A program made the translations under genes and the position numbers. DNA of 64,000 bases from Tubulanus polymorphus (lineage: Eukaryota; Animalia; Nemertea), in assembly GCF_964204645.1 (NCBI RefSeq), contig NC_134032.1:7366275-7430274 (forward strand), written 5' to 3'. This document shows positions 1-10,116 of the stretch, piece after piece. Numbering within the stretch: the stretch's first letter is position 1; each line of letters starts with the position of its first letter. The notes under the pieces were generated by a model. The model had not been told where the DNA came from, searched no databases, and was given only the letters and a program-made list of their open reading frames with translations.

Positions 1-1946
1 TTGGGGGGTTGGGCCCCCAAATCCCCCTTTGAAGAAGGGGGACACCTCCCTCGAGCTCCCCCGTCTCAGTACCTGCGGTACCTCGGGTGTCGCCTGCGGC
101 GCCACTTCAGTTGGACTGGCTGATTATTTCGAATGTTCCAATTTTGACAGGTACATATTCCTTTTTGGCTAAGACCCTGGGCAGACCTGCAACACAGTGA
201 GGTCATGGGATCGATGAACGAGGTCATCAGTATCGTTTTACGGTGGCGTATCGTAAAATAATCAAGGATCGCGCTACTCAACTTTTATGATGGCGGTAAA
301 TCGGGAAATATTGTAATGCATTAGCATATGATTGTACTAGGAGATTACGTTGGCGGTGGCGGTACGCGTGGGGCGGTAAATCGGGTTTTTTCCTGTACAT
401 TTTAGATACGAATGTTCAGTTTAGTAGGTGTAGAATGAAAAGTTTAATCAACTACACATGTGGGAGCCATTCACTATTGGTGGTTTGGAGCATTCAGTAG
501 GGCCTAAGGGTTCCGTTCTAAGGACAATGAAATCATAATGATAAGTATTCTCTAAGTAGTACATGTAATATGTATATAAACATGAATAAATCAGCATTTG
601 ATAATGATAGTGGATCCTAGTAGGTGTTCCGTTCCGCAAATTACAGTTACACATGTATACCCCTAGTGAAACTGTATTTTCCGGACCGGATCAAGAAAAC
701 AAGAAAATTAATTTTAGAAAATTGTATAATTTCTGGGCTAAGCTAATGTGGAATTGCAAATTTGAAATCGAAGTTTTAAGAAATTTGGGGAATGATGAGA
801 TTTGGCGATTGGGTAGATGATACGGCGGGTCTTCGACTCTAGTAGTGGTTTAAATTTTTTTATTGAAAATTCTCAATAATTGATCACGAACTTGCGACCG
901 ACTTCATTTACTTATGCCTCTAAGCTGGTCTGCAACTTCATTGCCTCCATGGTTGAAGAAAGAGCTCTTCTGATGTCTGCTTCATCATGACTTCGAGCAT
1001 ATCGTGTGGCCTAGCCAGCCGGCCCGGGCCACGGGTTTGGCTGTCACTCGATATCCTAGAGTCTGGGTGGGTTGAAGTAGACATTGTCATTTAAAATAAC
1101 ATGCTTATGTTGTTCTGTATGAATTACCCGTGTGTCATGTTGTATTAATTCATTTTAAAATTTGTATTTATTGAATTTGGGAATTTTATCCCGAAATTTC
1201 AATGTAATAAGGATCAATAAAGAATTGAATTGAATTGTCACCTAATACACATGCCATCAGAGGACGCGGAGCCGTATATGATAGCTATGCTATTATAAAT
1301 TGCTAATCTCACGAAACCTGCATACTTCTAATATCAAACATATTTTCTAAAACGTTTGAATATTGAAATTAAATGTTTACACATTTTCATATTGACCTCT
1401 TGTAGCCGCTGATGAAATTCACGCCGGCCCTACACACATCGTAGATAGCTTCGTCATTCCACCGGCATGCCCACGTCAGGGTCTGACTTTTATATCAGAC
1501 TTCCAAATCGTGTATACATCCGCCATTTAACCGAATAATCCGATTTACTTATCATTTCTATTTATGCCTGCCGCTTCTGATATAATCATACATCCTTTAC
1601 TATTACAATTCGTCTTCTAATGATATTCAATGCAATATAACATTTCGACGTTCAAATATAGGTCATTATATAATCACAGGAAGCCATTCTACATCTATGT
1701 CAATAATATTTTGCCAGATAGCTTATTTGTGTACACATAGACCTGTGACGTTTTGCACATCGATTTACGGCTGTCGTTTGTAAAATGACGCTGAATGGTT
1801 AACATTGTTTAGGTTTCATAATGGAAACGTTTTATAAGGCGTCAAAAAATCATGTTAATGAGTATTTTCTACGTAGTACTACGTGTAGTACATGTATTAA
1901 TGAATGAATTAGCATATGTGAAAATGAAAGTCGATTTTAGCAGTGT

Positions 1947-2945
1947 TTCATTCCGTTACGCAAATTACAGTTATCCCCTAGTGAAACTGTATTTCCCGGA
2001 ACGGAAGGTAACAGGAAAAAATAAATCATGTTGGTAAGTAATTTTTTAAGTGGCACTTTATCTAATAAAATTGAATAAATCAATATGTGCATTTAGATAT
2101 ATAAAATAAACGCACAAACAACCTAAGTCGTCGTAAATACAGATATTCTGCAGATCTTGGTCTCTTTGAATTTGAATTTCTCTTTCAAAGGACAACATCT
2201 TCAAGATTCAAATTTTATAACTTAACAACCATACAATTAAGTTCATATTATATGCACATTATACTCGTCGTTTTATAGATGTTAAAGTTGAAGTCCTGCT
2301 TGAAATGTACTACCGATATTTTAAATCTAAATCTTCGCCTTAGTGGACAAATTACGTAATTGTCATTTCTAGAAGGAAAATTTGGTTCAAAAAGGGGATT
2401 GTCGCATCCACACACGACCCCTGTGTGATCAGCGAAACAATGGTTTAATGACAGCTCTCTACAGTTGTATTTCAAGCAGCTGGTGACCTAAAATCTGTTA
2501 AAAAAAAGTTTTAATTTTTCATATTAAATTTCTGCAGTCAACTCCACTCAAGTTATTCGCATTATTTAGAACCGTCGGTTGATGATACGAAGAGAATACG
2601 CGACTTTTCAATGTCGATTTTTTAATTTTCCATATCCGCAATGTGATCAACCCAAACTTTATCGTTAAAACTTAAGCCTGGATGACTAAATTGTTTAAGA
2701 TAAATTATGTTTCTCAAATATTGACGAAATCTAAAAGGAAGCAGATGAGAACGCCTTCGACGGAAAAACCCTGAATTGTGGCAACAACGTCTACAAAATA
2801 GGTAGAAATGAAATCGGGGTCAGAAATTTCTATCATTTCTACACATTCAATACAGCATTAACATGACTTATCTTTTTTTGTTCCGTTCCTGGAAATATAG
2901 TTTCACTAGGGGGTAACTGTAATTTGCGGAGCGGAACGGAACGGA
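1947..2945. repeat. Inverted pair of TTCCGTT/GCAAATTACAGTTA-CCCCTAGTGAAACT repeats (third direct copy at about 626-700)
   Basis: 1947-2008 and 2881-2945 are inverted copies; (GGAAC)n tract follows at 2932-2949. Confidence 0.7.
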
Positions 2946-3056
2946 ACGGCGTTTCCGTTTCGTTCCGTTCCGGTAATTACAGTAAGAGCATGATGGATTC
3001 AGTGACTGTCGATACTTGGAACTACTTTGATCACTGCTGTTATCTTAGTGTTGAAG

Positions 3057-3185
3057 CATCTTCACCCGTCAAGGGATTCGAACCCACTACGCTAAAGCTG
3101 TTCCCCGAACCCTTGAACTCACGAGGAGTCGTTGGAGTCGTTCTAGCCGACCAGAATGCAGTCGTACCAATTACAGCGCTTGTAA
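3057..3185 (-). repeat. Short dispersed repeat with tRNA-like B box (SINE-like), copy 1
   Basis: Reverse complement matches 18198-18324; contains GGTTCGAATCCC closed by TCAAGGG/CCCTTGA pairing. Confidence 0.6.
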
Positions 3186-3189
3186 GAAA

Positions 3190-3740
3190 AGACATTAGGC
3201 TTGGAAATTGGTTAAGTTTTGTCACATCATTTAGTTTAATTTTCATTTCTTTTTCACGTTTAAAATCGAATCCAAAGCATATACTTGGTACTACAGTATT
3301 CATATTTATTCTGCTAAGAATTATTCTTTACATCTTATTACCATTCATAAATTACACGAAAATTATCTAAATCAATTAAATATCCATGATTTCTTATTTC
3401 TAAACTAAATAATCACATTCAGGTAAATTATAGTTAAGTTGCATACCAAATTCTTTAACATGTTTAATGGTAAAATATCTAATACAATGTATACTAGAAT
3501 TACAAGTTGTATTTTCATCAGCCTCGACCTCGTTTTTTGTAGGTTCTATTAAATTGCAATAAACATAAAAATGTGAAAAAGGCATTAAATTCGGCATAGA
3601 ATCAACACTACTGCCGGTATATCTTATATTAGGTGCAATTCCTAGTAGTTTTGCTGCAGGTTTTTTTACCAAAAATGTATGATAATTATAAGCTAACTTT
3701 ATCTTTATTCTATTGGTAGAATCACTTTTGAAAATCTAAT
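3190..3740 (-). pseudogene. Degraded Polinton/adintovirus minor-capsid (penton)-like fragment
   Basis: Minus frame reads FKSDSTNRIKIKL...AAKLLGI...YTG...PNLMPFSHFYVYCNLIEP...; after a frameshift LEIRNHGYLIDL. Resembles my recollection of the Polinton penton pattern (LA.LLGF ... LYVYCDLVEP ... I.I.D..G..I); not confirmed by search. Confidence 0.45.
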
Positions 3741-3989
3741 ACCAAATTCGGCAGCACATCCAGTATATTGAAATTAGTATTTAGAAAATATTATTGATTT
3801 TCATTTCATTTAAAAAAATTTAATTTTCAGGCCGCTTAGCGACCAATAAATTAATTCAATTATATAAACATTTCGGTTTGAAATTAATAGTTTTCTTTTA
3901 ATATATTTTCCGACCTTACGACCTTACGACCTCTGATCTGAAACAACATATTCCCTATTACTTGTAGAGAATCCAAAGAATATTGGTGT

Positions 3990-4467
3990 ATAACACAAGC
4001 GACATTTCAATGATACAAGAAAACACATGGCTGCAAGACTTATTTGAAGAGGTTCAAGAGAATAATACTGAAATCAAATAAGCATTGTCTACTGAGATTG
4101 TGCCCTCTAGATCATTCCATAATGTTACTCCGGATCCGGTTCCACAAGTTCCTGGTTAAAGATCTATCTGACTCTGGAAGGCTAAGGTAGTGAAAATGAA
4201 TTAAATTTAACCCTCGACTGTCCACACATCACATGTGTTCAGCGGATACATTTTTAATTGACAATGAACTACAAACACCAGATGTCAGGCGATCTTTTTA
4301 GAACACTTTCATTAACTGATCGACTGATGGACCCTTTAAATATCCCCCAGATCCGATCAGTCACACAACTTCTTCGCCATTCAAAAATCGAGTCCTATTG
4401 GTAGAAGATTTAAGCGTGAAAAATACACTGTTTTCCCATCAATTCGTGAATCCCCATAGATGAGATC
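3990..4467 (+). repeat. Dispersed repeat, about 470 bp, copy 1
   Basis: Colinear with 16521-16988 (TAACACAAGCGACATTTCAATGATACAAGA...GATGAGAT). Confidence 0.85.
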
Positions 4468-4488
4468 CTCTTCTTATGAAAAATAATG

Positions 4489-7400
4489 ATTTATTTATTT
4501 ATTTATTTCCTGAATAATTTACATCAATAAATAAATACCAGACAAAATTACAATAGATGATTAATTTGGTTCATACAAAAATACATAAACTGATGTAAAA
4601 TAACAGCAGGGCAACCAGAGGAAAGCAGAGCTTGTAATATCAGGCACCCCAAAAGGAACAAATAGAGATGAAATACGCACGATACACACAAACACACACA
4701 CACGCACACACACTCGCAAGCAAGCAGCACACACGCACACACCAAAACACCCACCACATATAAGAAAACCACACACATATATTCACACACATTTACAAGT
4801 AGACACACACACAAAAATGTATACATATAAATACATAAAGTTATACCTTGGTTTATTCCAAAGTTATACATACATCATATGAGCATAATTAAGTACCATT
4901 TGAGAAGGTCATTGCACCTTATACATAATTATCATTATTATTATTTTCATGAATAAACTGTAACGATTAATAATGAGAAAGTAAAAGGTTTTTTGTTCGA
5001 TTTTTGAAACTTTCAATAGAAGGGGAGTTTTTAATTGAATCATTCATAATATTCCAAATATTTGGACCGTTGACTTTTATTGAAAAACCTTTTAGATTTG
5101 ATTTGAATGAGTCAGGGCGGATGTTGTTGCTGTTTCTAGTGTTGTATCCAACGTCATTCGTCTTAAAAAAATTATTGAACATCTCAGGTAACTTGTTATT
5201 GACATATAGATACATGAATTGTCCAATTTGAAAATTGTTTATATCTGCCAATTTAAGAATTTTTGCAGACTTAAATAATGGTGAGGTATGGGCTCTAAAA
5301 TCGGTTTTAAAGATAATGCGGACCGCTTTCTTCTGGAGAAGTTCCAGCTTTCTTAAGTTTGAAGGATAAGTATTACCCCATACAATATTACAATAGGTGA
5401 GATGGCAATAAATGAAAGAATAATACAACTGCAGTAAAGTTGTTTTTGACAAAATTCCATAAAGTCTACCCATTATACCAATGAACCGTGATAGTTTAGT
5501 ACAGATGCTATTAATGTGTGACTTCCAAGTAAGCTGGTCGTCAACTTGAACGCCTAGAAATTTTGTTGTCGAGACTTGTGATATAGACATATTGTTGATT
5601 TTGATAGAAATTGAGTGTTTATGTTTAGCACGACTGAAAAACATGAAATGAGTCTTTTTCAAATTCAATGAAAGCCTGTTTGCCCGAAACCAGATATTCA
5701 GTTTGTGTAGTTCTGTATTTACTATTATAGTTAACTCTTTAATATTGATATGAGAAGTGAATACATTAGCATCATCAGCAAACATGATAAGATTAAAAAT
5801 GCTTGATGCGTTTGCAAGGTCATTTATATATAATAAGAAAAGGATCGGCCCCAAAATAGATCCTTGAGGCACTCCACAGAATACAGGATAGCTAGTGCTA
5901 GTAGTCTTTTTAAAAAGAACAGTCTGAAAACGGTTTGAAAGATAGTTTCTAAACCAGAGTAATGGCGTACCTCTGATGCCATAATGGCAAAGTTTAGACA
6001 ATAGAATTTCATGATTCACTGTATCAAATGCACGCGAAAGGTCTAAAAATATTCCTATAGTTGATTTGCCATTGTCTAAATTATTGATAATTTTATCTAT
6101 GATAACAGTAATAGCCATGTTGGTGGAATGGTCTTTTCTAAATCCAAATTGACATGGAGATAGTATTTTATACTTGTCCAAAAAACTTATAACTCTTTTG
6201 TTAACTACTTTTTCTAAGATCTTGGAAATACATGGGAGTATTGATATTGGTCTGTAGTTTGAAAAATGTGAAACATCTCCAGATTTGAACAAAGGTAATA
6301 TCTTAGATATTTTGAAGGATTCAGGTACTTGTCCATTAATCAAACTTAGATTTAAAATATGAGCTAACGGCCGAGATATAGCGTCAATTACTCTCTTAAG
6401 GATCTTTTGATTGATACCATCATGACCAGTGTTATTACTATTTTTAAATTTTGAAACAATATTTTCAATTTCCAAAGAATCTGTGGGAGAGAAAAAGATA
6501 TTATTTTGTTGTGGCGGACCCAGAAAAGAGAAAAATGTTTTGTTAGTAGGTAAAATATCATTGGCTAGATTTGGACCCGCTTGTGCAAAACACTTATATA
6601 TTTCATTGGCTATACTAACATTATTTTTGTACATAACACCATTCTGTTCAAAAACATCAGGATATTTAGAATTTGATGATTTTCTATTAATTAGGTCATT
6701 AATTATTTTCCAGGTTTCCTTGGGATCTCTCGCATTGTTTAACATAGAGTTATAGTGAAGCGTTTTAGCCTTTTCGATACAAGTATTAAAAACGTTTCTA
6801 TATCTATTGTAGATATCTCTATCAGTTTGAAGTTGTTTACTAGACAGGTATCTTCTATAAAGAGAATCCTTCTTTTTCAAAGAAATCAATAAACCGTTAG
6901 AAAACCATCCGTGTTTCTTGTCCCTATATATCGAAAACTTTCTATTGATTATAGGGAAACATTCCGTGTAGTATTTATAGAATACATCATAAAAAGAGTT
7001 ATAGGCAACATTAGCATCATGAATATTAAACACATGAGTCCAATCATGTGCAATTAGCTTTCGTTTAAATCGAGCGATATCATGATCTGACATTTTTCGA
7101 TAACTAACTGTCCTAGTTGATGTATGGTTGACTTTGATTTCCGGCATAATTGCAAAAATTGGAAAGTGGTCAGATATATTAAGATCAGAATCCCTGAAAT
7201 TGCATCGAAACTAGAATAACAGTTTGAATATATATTGTCAATAAGAGTAGAAGATCTGTCGGTTACTCGTGTTGACTTATCTATTAAATTCGTAAAACCA
7301 GTTGAAAGCATATTAAAAATAAAATCTCCAGTCGGTTTATGAGAGTCGGCGTTGAAAAGATTTATATTGAAATCGCCCAAAATGAAGCACTTACGCCCTG

Positions 7401-7890
7401 TTCTAGTTAAGTTTTCTAAGAGTGGTAGAAAATCAGTATTAAAGTTATTGACACTTGCATCAGACGGTCGATAGATAGTGCCAACAATATGTTTTGACAT
7501 ATTACGTGGTAATTGGATTTCTATAAATAAACTTTCGAATGTGTCATTTACACACGTAAAATCATCCAGTATCCTAAATTTAATGGTGTTGGGGACAAAC
7601 ATCGCTATTCCACCACCACGTGTATCCTGTCTACTTATGAAAATCACTCATAATCAGGCAAATTATACATTGACTTGTTGTCATGTTGAAGTTTAGTCCA
7701 CGTTTCAGTAAAAGCTAAGATCCCAAAATTGAAACAGAGGGAGTGTATATATAATTGCAAATTCTCAAAATTCTTATTAAAACTCCTTATATTTAGATGA
7801 AACAAGGAGAAGTTTGATAATCCAAACTTTGATAATTGCGTTAAATCCTTATAATATTTACTACTTGAACCTACGATAAACTCAGGATGT
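4489..7890 (-). mobile_element. Non-LTR retrotransposon (LINE, L2/CR1/Crack-type), 5'-truncated, APE endonuclease + reverse transcriptase with two frameshifts
   Basis: Three consecutive minus-strand ORFs give APE motifs (FSLFHLNIRS, FTETW, RGGGIAMFV, IVGTIYRP, ILGDFNIN, TLIDNIY, SDHFPI after a frameshift near 7180) then RT (NYRPISILP, QFGFR, FLDLSRAFDTV, GVPQGSILGP, FADD, FLGV). A second frameshift lies near 7647. The 3' UTR has a (TG)n-rich tract and ends in a (TAAA)n tail at about 4489-4508. 5' boundary approximate. Confidence 0.93.
4967..7147 (-). CDS. LINE ORF2 reverse transcriptase portion (726 aa open frame)
   Basis: Uninterrupted ORF with RT motifs GVPQGSILGPILFLLYIND and MFADD; continues from the APE fragments at 7054-7647 and 7644-~7890 through frameshifts. 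Confidence 0.92.
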   Translation of the reverse strand: MPEIKVNHTSTRTVSYRKMSDHDIARFKRKLIAHDWTHVFNIHDANVAYNSFYDVFYKYYTECFPIINRKFSIYRDKKHGWFSNGLLISLKKKDSLYRRYLSSKQLQTDRDIYNRYRNVFNTCIEKAKTLHYNSMLNNARDPKETWKIINDLINRKSSNSKYPDVFEQNGVMYKNNVSIANEIYKCFAQAGPNLANDILPTNKTFFSFLGPPQQNNIFFSPTDSLEIENIVSKFKNSNNTGHDGINQKILKRVIDAISRPLAHILNLSLINGQVPESFKISKILPLFKSGDVSHFSNYRPISILPCISKILEKVVNKRVISFLDKYKILSPCQFGFRKDHSTNMAITVIIDKIINNLDNGKSTIGIFLDLSRAFDTVNHEILLSKLCHYGIRGTPLLWFRNYLSNRFQTVLFKKTTSTSYPVFCGVPQGSILGPILFLLYINDLANASSIFNLIMFADDANVFTSHINIKELTIIVNTELHKLNIWFRANRLSLNLKKTHFMFFSRAKHKHSISIKINNMSISQVSTTKFLGVQVDDQLTWKSHINSICTKLSRFIGIMGRLYGILSKTTLLQLYYSFIYCHLTYCNIVWGNTYPSNLRKLELLQKKAVRIIFKTDFRAHTSPLFKSAKILKLADINNFQIGQFMYLYVNNKLPEMFNNFFKTNDVGYNTRNSNNIRPDSFKSNLKGFSIKVNGPNIWNIMNDSIKNSPSIESFKNRTKNLLLSHY

Positions 7891-8167
7891 GCATGACTGG
7901 CCATCTGCTTGTGGAATTGAAGCGTGATAGTAATACTTCGACGGCACTCACCGTTACATAATAAATTTCGCTCATTATGAACAAAGTACGCATATGTATA
8001 CACAAAAAAATCAATGAAAACAAAGAAAAATTGACGATGTAGAAAATATGTAGAAACCTTTGATACCTTTGAATGGATTCTGATTGGCGGATGATGCAGC
8101 ATAGAAGCCAGACATTTGTCGAGGAGTGAACGCTCTAGACTAGTTCACTAGTCAGAAACAGATCACC

Positions 8168-9223
8168 ATGGCTGTCAACAGATCTTGGTATTGGGTCAGT
8201 AACTGCACTATCAAACCACCTATCACCACCAAATACTTCTACCATATAGTATTCTATGCGGGTATATGTGGACCGATCGCTTTGGCTGGACTGGTGCTCA
8301 ACAGCTTGTCAATCGCTGTATTCGCACGCTTGAACAACAAGGCTTACCACTCGATAAACATCCTAGCGATTGTCGATATGATTTACAGCACGAATTCGTT
8401 TTTCATGTACCCGGTAAGAGCTATATATGTGTACGCTATACTCGGCGATCTGGTGTTCCGTTGGGACGACTGGCGCTTTGGTTGGGAGTTCATCGTCTGG
8501 ACCTGGCCGTTGCTGTGGCCGCTACATCTTCTTCGAAACGGTTGCGTGGTCGTCGTCAGCGTTGAACGCGTTTTGGTGATTGTGTTTCCGCTGAAATATC
8601 ACAAATTCTGGAAGCGTTGGGTCATCGATTGTATCGTATCTATGATCGCGGTGTTTGGGTTTATCATCTACATCAACTTGATGCCCAATCGATTGCCTGG
8701 TTTGTGGAAATGGCCTTGTCTCAAGCCGAAACAATTCGCCTATACAGTTTACTGGAGACACAACCCGCCTGGGGTAATCAAAACCCCAGTCATCCAATTT
8801 AGACGCGGCGAATTTATCCCCAAATTTCCATTCAACCACAGGGCTGTATTCAACGGTGTCTTACCAATCTCGATTCTGATTTCAATCAATTTCGTGTTGT
8901 TGGCATTCTATTTCAGAAGCAAGTACCAACGCTCAAAATTAACGGCAACCCAGAGTAAATCGACTAGTGACATGGCTCTATTCCGTATGGTAGTCGCGGT
9001 CGTATTCGCCTATATCGCTTTGGAAATCCCGACGGTCGCCAATTCGATCGGACCGCTGGCGAAAATTTGGAGTTTCAAACAGTTCGGCCAGAAAATAGCG
9101 ATGGCGACTTCGTGGTTGAATTCGGTGGTTAATTTCACCATTTACTGTGCGACGAACAAGAAATTTCGCGCGACAGCGAAAGAAATATTCAAAAAACCAA
9201 AATTTATTTGCAAATGTGTTTAA
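8168..9223 (+). CDS. Intronless rhodopsin-class (class A) GPCR, FMRFamide/peptide-receptor-like orphan
   Basis: 351 aa, Kozak-like ACCATGG start, seven hydrophobic segments. TM1 GLVLNSLSIAVF, TM2 LAIVD, TM3 SVERVLVIVFPL (DRY variant), TM5 LPISILISIN, TM6 LEIP, TM7 NSVVNFTIY (NPxxY variant), helix 8 NKKFR. Confidence 0.92.
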   Translation: MAVNRSWYWVSNCTIKPPITTKYFYHIVFYAGICGPIALAGLVLNSLSIAVFARLNNKAYHSINILAIVDMIYSTNSFFMYPVRAIYVYAILGDLVFRWDDWRFGWEFIVWTWPLLWPLHLLRNGCVVVVSVERVLVIVFPLKYHKFWKRWVIDCIVSMIAVFGFIIYINLMPNRLPGLWKWPCLKPKQFAYTVYWRHNPPGVIKTPVIQFRRGEFIPKFPFNHRAVFNGVLPISILISINFVLLAFYFRSKYQRSKLTATQSKSTSDMALFRMVVAVVFAYIALEIPTVANSIGPLAKIWSFKQFGQKIAMATSWLNSVVNFTIYCATNKKFRATAKEIFKKPKFICKCV

Positions 9224-9711
9224 CGAATAGCGAGAGATTTAACATTCCTAGGTTTCCAAGTACCGTAGTAAAGTTACCATCATGTAGATAAGTATAGTGT
9301 TGGTGATACTATCATGTAGATAAGTATAGTGTTGGTGAAGAACTTTGAGACAAGGCGTAAATTGCTAGGTACGAGCCTTGCGCAAGTTTCTAAAATTACT
9401 GAGTGGAGGAGGCTTGTAGCATAACAACGACCATTACTTTACCCTGTATTCTATCATTTTTAAGTTCTGTAAATATAGGGGTGATTCGGGCTGCTGCCTT
9501 TCCACTGAGGTTGCCACGTTATGTACGTCGAAAGCCTGTTCAAAATTGACACTGATCCTCTCGATCGGGAATTAATTCAGAGAGGTTCATCCAAATTATC
9601 ATTGTGTAGAGAATCCAATAAATATTGTTATTATTTGGGGAATAGTTCATAGTATCCAATGGTTCATTAGATCCATTTGATATCATTTATATAGATGAAA
9701 AAAACACCTCC

Positions 9712-10116
9712 AACACGTTCCCAAATGTTTGATACTTTCTCAGTTTGTATCAAAAATATTGCCAATTTCTGGTCCTTGAGTCCTGAAAAATGATAAATTT
9801 ACAGCGCAAAATCGTACAAACGTGTCAATTATGCTTCTAAACACTTTATTTGCGGACCAGTTTATGAATTGAACGTGGGCCATAGAGCGCTATATCCGCC
9901 TGTGATCTCGACTTTCAACTTATTACGTAAGCTATTCGTGAACAAAATGCGATCGGCGCACAATAGAAACTTCGCTCTATGTATTCTTTCATTACCGCCG
10001 ACAAAGAGAACCGATATTTTGCAAATTGGATTCGGGAGGTTTAAACCTCCCAAGGTCAAATCACTAAAATTGTGACCTTCGTGGAGATTATCTAAAAAGC
10101 CGATGGTAATCAAATT
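9712..10116 (+). repeat. Dispersed repeat, about 400 bp, copy 1
   Basis: Reverse complement aligns with 15600-16005; contains palindrome GGGAGGTTTAAACCTCCC. Confidence 0.85.

Noticed and set aside
4548-4871. Cys/Val-rich ORFs
   Set aside because: Translations of the (TG)n microsatellite in the LINE 3' UTR.
5004-8839. Antisense and alternate-frame ORFs overlapping the LINE and the GPCR
   Set aside because: Shadow ORFs of real coding sequence.
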